A stretch of DNA of 64,000 nt from Zavarzinia compransoris (GTDB lineage Bacteria > Pseudomonadota > Alphaproteobacteria > Zavarziniales > Zavarziniaceae), in assembly GCF_003173055.1 (NCBI RefSeq), contig NZ_QGLF01000001.1, positions 5,085-69,084 on the forward strand. The letters run 5' to 3'. The stretch's first letter is position 1; each line of letters opens with the position of its first letter. This document shows positions 57,294-64,000 of the stretch, piece after piece. The translations under genes were made by a program, and so were the position numbers. The notes below the pieces were generated by a model. It was not told where the DNA came from. It worked only from the letters and a program-made list of their open reading frames with translations, and searched no databases.

Positions 57294-57685
57294 GCCTCCT
57301 CTCCGCCCATGACGATCACGCCGAGGATGATCAGCGCGATGCCCGCCGTGCGCCAGCCCGTCAGCACCTCGCCGAAGACGACATAGGCGGCCAGGGTAAC
57401 GCATAGCATAACCACGGCCGTGAGCGGGAAGCCGAAGCTGAGCGGCGTGCGGTCGAGAATGATCATCCAGGCGCAGAACGAGCCGATATAGCCCGCCATG
57501 CCGGCAATCACCCAGGGGCTGGTGACGGCCGCGAGCAGCCAGTCGCCGCCGAAAGGCTGATCCGTCAGGGCGTTGCCCCCGGCCTTCAGGGCGATCTGCG
57601 CCAGCGTTTCGAACGCCAGGAGGAACAGCCAGGCGAAGACCGGGCCCAGGTTGCGCCGCCACGCCTGGCTGCTTACCGCGGTCAT
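57290..57685 (-). CDS. small 4-TM DMT/EamA(SMR)-like membrane protein (131 aa)
   Basis: Start MTAVSS at 57685 forms ATGA overlap with the upstream GNAT gene. Four hydrophobic helices (LGPVFAWLFLLAFETLAQIAL..., WVIAGMAGYIGSF..., VVMLCVTLAAYVVFGEVL..., GIALIILGVIVMGG). Confidence 0.5.
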   Translation of the reverse strand: MTAVSSQAWRRNLGPVFAWLFLLAFETLAQIALKAGGNALTDQPFGGDWLLAAVTSPWVIAGMAGYIGSFCAWMIILDRTPLSFGFPLTAVVMLCVTLAAYVVFGEVLTGWRTAGIALIILGVIVMGGEEA

Positions 57686-58815
57686 GCCGCATCCTCGATC
57701 AGTTTCGCGATCGCCGGATCGAAGCGGTCGAGCCGGACACATTTCGCGACCAGCAGCAGGAGCGCGTTGAGGATTACATTGCGATGCCTGAAGAATTGCC
57801 AGTTCGGCGTCAGGCGGCACCCCAGGCGCAGTTTGGGCCCGTAGAAGGCCTGGCCGCTCTGATAGGTGGATATCGCCTGGGCGATACAATATTTTACGTT
57901 GCACATCCAGGTGTTGAAGTAAGTGCTGTATTCGTGGACCAGCGCGTAATCCATGCCGATATATTTGTCGATCAGGCGCCCCTCGGTCTCGATCACGAAG
58001 TTGAAGGCAATCAGCCTGGTGTCCGCCCAATAGAGGAAGACGCTGGCGTTGGGGGCCAGGCGCCGCAGCAGCTCGCGGAAGTAGTCGGGCGGCAGGTGCT
58101 CGAATTGCAGGTCGCTATGGGCGACCGTCGCTTCGTACAGGCGGCCGATCTCGTCGATGACATCGTCCACGCTGTGACGCTTCTCGATCCGGATCTCGTC
58201 GAAGGCCTTGGCTTTCCGGCGCAGGTCCTTGCGGGTCGCACGGCTCAGGGTGGCCAGATAGCCGTCGAAATCGGCATGCGGCAGGTCGAGCACGGCGGTC
58301 GGCAGCCCGGGCAGGCGGGTGAAGCCCCTGGGCAGAAGCGTGTCGGCCCAAAGCGCGCCGTCCGCGGCGGGGGCATCCTTGATCCCGAGCAGGCCGTAGC
58401 GCTGCTGGGCCGCCAGGCGTTGCAAGGCGGCGACCAGCGCCGCCAGGTATCCGGGCCTGGCGTCCCCGGCCACGTCCGGCGCGAAGCCCAGATGGCAGAT
58501 CTCCGCGACCGGCGAGCCCATGGCCAGCAGCCGCACGCTGAGCAGCGCTGGCGCCAGGCGGTAAAGGCGCTCGGTCACTTTTTTCCAGGCGCCCTGGACC
58601 GTGGTGTCGAGACGGTAGTCGGTGCCGAACGCGGGGGCCACGGCGACGAGACGGCCACCCTCGCGCACGGCCGCATAGAACCAGCGAAAGCCGGGCGGGC
58701 CGGCCTTTTCGCAGGCGGCATAGAAGGCCCAGTTTTCGGGGTCGCCGGGAAAGCAGCGATTCCAATCCGCCGGGGCGAAGGCTTCGATCGTCGTCTCGAT
58801 TGCGGTAACCGGCAC
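57682..58815 (-). CDS. GNAT-fold acyltransferase, FemAB-like/BioF2-like family (DUF482-type, 377 aa)
   Basis: Size and two-lobed GNAT architecture. Conserved C-terminal YIGMDYALVHEYSTYFN...YGPKL region typical of PF04339/PF13480 proteins (recalled, not searched). Confidence 0.5.
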   Translation of the reverse strand: MPVTAIETTIEAFAPADWNRCFPGDPENWAFYAACEKAGPPGFRWFYAAVREGGRLVAVAPAFGTDYRLDTTVQGAWKKVTERLYRLAPALLSVRLLAMGSPVAEICHLGFAPDVAGDARPGYLAALVAALQRLAAQQRYGLLGIKDAPAADGALWADTLLPRGFTRLPGLPTAVLDLPHADFDGYLATLSRATRKDLRRKAKAFDEIRIEKRHSVDDVIDEIGRLYEATVAHSDLQFEHLPPDYFRELLRRLAPNASVFLYWADTRLIAFNFVIETEGRLIDKYIGMDYALVHEYSTYFNTWMCNVKYCIAQAISTYQSGQAFYGPKLRLGCRLTPNWQFFRHRNVILNALLLLVAKCVRLDRFDPAIAKLIEDAA

Positions 58816-58823
58816 GATTTCAC

Positions 58824-59675
58824 CTATCCGGCCATGACGGCGGCCCGGGACGCGGGGCCGATGCGGCGAATGAAAGCGGCCGAGTGATCGGCGACAAGAT
58901 CACGCTCCTGATCGATGGTGATCATGTGATAACTGTTTTCCAGCAAGATCTTCTCAATCCTTCCGCCGATATTGGCGGCGATATAGGCGGCATTCCGGAT
59001 GCTGGTGACATCGTCCTCCCGCGCGTGCAGCAGCAAGGTCGGTGTGCGTATCCGGGGCAGGCGCCGCTTGAGGGTAGAGATAAGCCTCAAAAGTTGGCGG
59101 AGGCTTAGGCCCGGCATATAAAGCAGGCCGGCATCGGCACTGCGCCCCGCCTCCATCTGGGAGACGATCTTGGCGCGCAGGCGCTCGTCCTTGATGCCAT
59201 GGGGGAAACTCTCGCGGAACCGGACGAAGCGGCCCAGCCCCAGCACGAGGGCAAGATGCAGGAAGATGCTGGCCCGGGGGATGCTCCAGCCGTCGTAGAA
59301 CATGGTCGGCGAATAGAGCAGGCAGCCGGCGACGAGGCCGGGCCGCTCGGCCGCAACCATCAGGGACAGCAGCGCCCCCATGGACAGGCCGCCGACGAAA
59401 ACGGTCTCATGGTTCCGGCGGATGCGGTCGAAGGCGTCGAGCGCGCTGTCGAGCCAGTCGTGCCTGTCGGTGGCGAGCAGGTCCGCTTCCGTGCCGCAGT
59501 GGCCGGCCAGTTGCACGCCGTAGACGGAATTGCCGTCGCGGGCCAGGGCACGGGCAAGCGGCTTCACCTCGCCGGGGGTTCCGGTCAGGCCGTGGATCAG
59601 CAGGACGGCCGTCGATCCGCCGGCGAAATGGAAGCCGGCGCCGCGCGGCGGCGGGGGCGGGGGCGCCGCGGTCAT
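58824..59675 (-). CDS. alpha/beta-hydrolase (carboxylesterase/lipase-like), 283 aa
   Basis: Oxyanion HG (VLLIHGLTG), nucleophile elbow GLSMG, downstream Asp/His. Start MTAAPPPP at 59675, overlapping the upstream gene's stop (ATGA). Confidence 0.7.
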   Translation of the reverse strand: MTAAPPPPPPRGAGFHFAGGSTAVLLIHGLTGTPGEVKPLARALARDGNSVYGVQLAGHCGTEADLLATDRHDWLDSALDAFDRIRRNHETVFVGGLSMGALLSLMVAAERPGLVAGCLLYSPTMFYDGWSIPRASIFLHLALVLGLGRFVRFRESFPHGIKDERLRAKIVSQMEAGRSADAGLLYMPGLSLRQLLRLISTLKRRLPRIRTPTLLLHAREDDVTSIRNAAYIAANIGGRIEKILLENSYHMITIDQERDLVADHSAAFIRRIGPASRAAVMAG

Positions 59676-60037
59676 GCCGTAGTGCTCACGATGGCGGCGC
59701 CCAGGGCGATCAGCACCGTGCCGGCCCATCGACGGGGGGACAGGCGCTCGCCGAGAAGGAGGCGGCCGGCCAGGGCGATGCCGCAATAGGACAGGCTGGC
59801 CAAGGGCACCGCCAGGCTGAGGGGGACCCGCGAAAGCACGAACAGCCAGGCGCCGAGGTCGATGGCATAGGCGGCGACGCCGGCCCAGATCAGCGGCGTT
59901 CCCGCCACGCGGCGCCAGAAGGACCGCGGGCCGGCGGAGCCTGCCGATCGGTTGAGGCCCAGCTTGAAGCAGACCTGGCCAGCCACGTCGAGAACGATGG
60001 TCAAGGCCAATACGGCATAGGCGACGGTATTCACCAT
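59672..60037 (-). CDS. small 4-TM DMT/EamA(SMR)-like membrane protein (121 aa)
   Basis: MVNTVAYAVLALTIVLDVAGQVCFKLG... Paralogous in architecture to the 57290..57685 protein. Extracted from the 3' part of tool ORF 59672..61501. Confidence 0.5.
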   Translation of the reverse strand: MVNTVAYAVLALTIVLDVAGQVCFKLGLNRSAGSAGPRSFWRRVAGTPLIWAGVAAYAIDLGAWLFVLSRVPLSLAVPLASLSYCGIALAGRLLLGERLSPRRWAGTVLIALGAAIVSTTA

Positions 60038-60894
60038 ATTTCCTCGAAGGTCGAAATCAGGGTCTCGTTGGTGCGGGCGTTGACGGCCAGATCCGCCTGC
60101 GGCGGCAGCCGCGGCTGATCGAGGCGCGCTTCCAGAGATTTGAACGGGTTGCGGTGGTTGATCGGGGCGTATTCGCCGCAGATGTCGGCGCCGACGATCG
60201 TGAAATGCCGGGCCAGGCGCCGGATCGTCTCCACCAGCCTGGCAAGGGGTAGGCCGCCCTGGTCCCAATTGGTGACCGCCTCGTCGGGGGCGAGCACATC
60301 CTTGTCGATGGTGATCCAGAGGCGCTCGGTCGGCAGGCTGGCGATCAACTCCGCCAGGAAGACATGCCAATCGCAATCCGCGAGATTGCGCGCCCGCACG
60401 ACCCCGTCCGATCCCCGCGCGCCGCTGTTCCACCAGGGATGAATCTCGAGCTTGTGCAACCACGGGCCGGCCCTGCGCCGGGGCCGGATGATGTCGTCGC
60501 TGCAAGGGCCGATGGTAACCACACGCTGAACATGGGGCATCGCCAGCACCTCGTTCACCCAGGAGCCGCAGTGGCGGCGCGGGAAAGTCCAGGCCCAGTC
60601 CGGATGGTTGTCGAAGTGAACGACCGAAAGCGGGCCTGCCGCGGACTCGATGAAACATGCGCTCAGATGGTGGAAATCCCCCGATCCCAGCAGCGCCAGG
60701 ACAGGGGCCGCCGTTCGGGGCAGGCCGCGCCAATAGGCCTGAAAGGATCGGAAGGGCCCGGCAAGCGACCATAGCCGCAGGGCGGGCCCCAGCCGGCGCA
60801 GCGGGTGATATTCCGCCCTGTGTGCCGCCATCCTTGCCGCCAGCGGCGGCTGGCCGGGAAGGCTGTCGTCCAGGTCGAGGACCAGAGTGCGCAT
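60031..60894 (-). CDS. arginase/deacetylase-fold (ureohydrolase-like) family protein
   Basis: VVHFDNHPDWAW (DxHxD-like), TIDKDVLAPDE (DxDxxDP-like), GADICGEY: the binuclear-metal ligand pattern of the arginase family, but divergent. Confidence 0.4.
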   Translation of the reverse strand: MRTLVLDLDDSLPGQPPLAARMAAHRAEYHPLRRLGPALRLWSLAGPFRSFQAYWRGLPRTAAPVLALLGSGDFHHLSACFIESAAGPLSVVHFDNHPDWAWTFPRRHCGSWVNEVLAMPHVQRVVTIGPCSDDIIRPRRRAGPWLHKLEIHPWWNSGARGSDGVVRARNLADCDWHVFLAELIASLPTERLWITIDKDVLAPDEAVTNWDQGGLPLARLVETIRRLARHFTIVGADICGEYAPINHRNPFKSLEARLDQPRLPPQADLAVNARTNETLISTFEEIW

Positions 60895-60918
60895 CGGCTT
60901 GCCTCCCTGTTCCGGCGC

Positions 60919-61611
60919 TTACACGGACAGGGCCGCAGGGGCGGCGGAAGCCGGCCGGCCGGCCGCGACCGGAAGGTGCCGCGCCAGGAGGTGGGGGATT
61001 TCCGAGAAGCTGCCGAAGGCGGCATGGGGCAGGGCATTCGCCCGGCAATGATCGAGCAGCGAACTTTTGGCCAGCACGAAGTCCACCGTATCCGCGGCGC
61101 AGAAGTCGGACCGGCCGTCGCCGATCAGGACGGTGAGGCGCCCGTCGTCGGGCTGCTTCGCGACGGCGCATTTGCATGTGCCCGCGGCCGAGACGCAGCG
61201 CGCCGAGGCATGGGGGGTCAGCAGGGCGTGCCTTTCCTGATCCAGGAACAGCAGGCGATTGGCGATCACCGGGATGCCGTCGATCTCCGCCCTGCGCAGG
61301 ATGTGGTGGATCGCATAGTCGATGCCGTCGCTGACCACGGTCAGTGACAAGCCTTCCTGTCGGCAATAGGCGACGAAGCTGCGGAAGCCCGGATCGATCG
61401 TCACCCGGTCGAGAACGCCGTGAAGCGCATCCCGGCCGCAGCGCATCAAGGCGACCTGGCGGGCCATGCATGCGGCCGAACCGATCTCGCCGGCTTTCCA
61501 CAAGGCTTCCACGTCACGCCAGCTCGGGTCGGCGAAGGCATCCAGCAGCATGTCGGTCACGTCGCCGAGCGCGATCGTGCCGTCGAAATCGCACAGGATG
61601 CGGCAGGACAT
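60919..61611 (-). CDS. HAD-superfamily phosphatase, subfamily IB (MtnX/2,3-diketo-5-methylthio-1-phosphopentane phosphatase-like)
   Basis: Motif I ILCDFDGTI, motif II VVSDG, motif IV GDGRSD. Cys-rich cap (CVSAAGTCKCAVAK). Start ATG 61611 with SD GAGGGG 8 nt upstream. Confidence 0.6.
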   Translation of the reverse strand: MSCRILCDFDGTIALGDVTDMLLDAFADPSWRDVEALWKAGEIGSAACMARQVALMRCGRDALHGVLDRVTIDPGFRSFVAYCRQEGLSLTVVSDGIDYAIHHILRRAEIDGIPVIANRLLFLDQERHALLTPHASARCVSAAGTCKCAVAKQPDDGRLTVLIGDGRSDFCAADTVDFVLAKSSLLDHCRANALPHAAFGSFSEIPHLLARHLPVAAGRPASAAPAALSV

Positions 61612-61665
61612 GGATATTCCCCTCATTACAAAAACACGGCCGGCTTCCACCTGGATTCCGTAACC

Positions 61666-61680
61666 GCAAGATCCGTGCCA
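61666..61680 (-). promoter_or_regulatory. sigma-54 (-24/-12) promoter for the minus-strand HAD...HK-RR operon
   Basis: Minus strand reads TGGCAC-ggatc-TTGC (plus-strand gcaagatccgtgcca). GG-N10-GC spacing exact. ~55 nt upstream of the HAD start codon. Confidence 0.7.
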
Positions 61681-61812
61681 CGGCCGGAGAGGCTGCGTTG
61701 CGGGCGGATGGCGGCGGCGCAGGCTCCAAAATTTGCAGCTCGCATCACAAATTGGCGGGGCCGGGCCGGGCGGGGCGTGCCGATGCCTTGGGGATCCGCG
61801 CCCTCGCCGACT

Positions 61813-61827
61813 TGGCACGGAGCTTGC
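61813..61827 (+). promoter_or_regulatory. sigma-54 (-24/-12) promoter for the desaturase-aminotransferase operon
   Basis: TGGCAC-ggagc-TTGC on the plus strand, ~80 nt upstream of ATG 61907. Arranged back-to-back with the minus-strand sigma54 promoter. Confidence 0.7.
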
Positions 61828-61906
61828 GGGTGACGGGGCGACACCCCTCGGCGAATGCCGGGCCGGGTAACGATATGGATTTCGGAAACGGACGGGACCC
61901 CACGCC

Positions 61907-62799
61907 ATGCCGTCAGCAACCCTCACCCGCAATCGATGGGACTGGATCCCGGTCATGCTGGGCGTGCTTCACTTCGCGGCCGTCCTGTGGCTGTTCGTCG
62001 CCTTTCCGGCCCTGGCTTGGTGGCAGGTGGGCCTTTGCGGCCTTGCCTATGCGGTCGCGGTCTCGTGGAACATCAACAGTATCTCGCACAACTTCATCCA
62101 CAATCCCTATTTCCGGCAGCGCTGGCTGAACGCCTGCTTCAGCTTCATGCTGTCGGCGACAGTCGGCTTTTCGCAGGCGATGTACGACTTCGTGCATATG
62201 CGACACCACAGCGGCAACATGGATCGCCCCGACGACGGGGGGCGGACAATCGACTACCTGTCCATCTACAAGCATGGCCGGGGCGGCCGGGCCGAGAATG
62301 TCTGGCATTACACATTCCTCAGCTACTTCCGCGACGATCCGGCGGAGATCCTGCGGGCGATGGGGCCGCGCAGGGCGGGGCTGGCGTTGCAGGCCAAGCT
62401 GGAAATGGCCGGGGTCGCGGCCTTCTATCTGGTCCTGCTCGTGCTCGACTGGCGCTTCGTCGTCTGCATGCTGCCGTTCAATTACCTGGGCCAGTGCCTG
62501 TCCTCGCTGAACGGCTATTACGAGCATTTCGGCGGCGATCCGGACCGGCCCATCGCCTGGGGCGTCAGCACTTATGGCCGCCTCTACAACTGGACCTGGC
62601 TGAACAACGGCTATCACGCCGAACACCATTATCGGCCCAAGGCGCATTGGACCCGGATGCCCGAGCTGCGCCGCGCCCTGGCCGAGGAGCAGCGCCGGGC
62701 GGGCACGCGCGTCATCTGGCCGCCCCATGCGCTGGGCTTTCTCGACCGCAGCCTGTCGCCCCGCCGCCTTCCCCCGTTCCCACCGCAAAAGGAAATCCT

Positions 62800-62803
<4 letters not shown>
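61907..62803 (+). CDS. membrane fatty-acid desaturase/hydroxylase-family protein (three His boxes)
   Basis: HNFIHN (box 1), HMRHH (box 2), HAEHH (box 3), with 4 TM helices: the di-iron desaturase/CrtW/sphingolipid-desaturase-like superfamily. Confidence 0.75.

Positions 62804-64000
<1,197 letters not shown>

Noticed and set aside
59672-61501. 609-aa minus-strand ORF spanning 59672..61501
   Set aside because: Only the last 121 codons form a coherent small 4-TM protein. The upstream part is low-complexity and overlaps the arginase-like and HAD genes read in other frames.

Overview
High-GC (~65-70%) alphaproteobacterial chromosome segment, probably Rhodospirillales-like. The long antisense ORFs in the six-frame track are GC artefacts; the real genes are listed below. 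Content from left to right: (1) Housekeeping and phosphate block: adc (partial), Pho-box promoter, pstS, a Na/Pi cotransporter, a DUF808 protein, a PaaX-like regulator divergent from an AidB-like acyl-CoA dehydrogenase. (2) tRNA-Ser(GCT), followed by an ~11.7 kb integrated P4-like/PICI-like satellite bounded by a 14-bp direct repeat of the tRNA 3' end (7375-7388 and 19041-19054). The satellite carries a P4-type integrase, AlpA, a prim-pol/D5-like primase-helicase, a resolvase-like protein whose nucleophilic Ser is replaced by Ala, TerS+TerL but no capsid genes, and a distal accessory module (small protein + YraN-like PD-(D/E)xK nuclease convergent with a GIY-YIG nuclease that has C-terminal repeats). 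(3) Immediately after attR there is a decayed second element: a 30-codon integrase N-terminus fused to an IS701-family transposase C-terminus, then low-GC lipoprotein genes. (4) LpxR-like OMP, methylmalonyl-CoA mutase, a gabD-DUF-gor operon, GST, flavin monooxygenases, an SPFH protein, a highly structured intergenic region with a 68-nt tRNA-like element (G3.U70, no anticodon arm) and a second CCACCA-ending mini-element, nitronate monooxygenase, TetR, an EthA-like BVMO, ilvA, an MFS pump, an SDR, and a zntA/cadA-type P-type ATPase divergent from a MerR-family regulator. (5) DEAD-box helicase, rpsD, tRNA-Gln(CTG) with a textbook sigma70 promoter. (6) An envelope-lipid locus: PepSY, DevCAB-like ABC exporter, MlaC, MlaA. 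(7) A sigma54 two-component system (NtrC-type RR plus periplasmic-sensor HK) ending a long minus-strand operon (HAD phosphatase, arginase-like, two small DMT proteins, alpha/beta hydrolase, FemAB-like GNAT). That operon is transcribed divergently from a fatty-acid-desaturase/class-III aminotransferase operon, and both have perfect -24/-12 sigma54 promoters in the shared intergenic region. The best candidates for undescribed biology are the satellite's nuclease-rich accessory module and the sigma54-controlled lipid-modification regulon. All calls rest on reading the translations and sequence by eye; no database searches were run.
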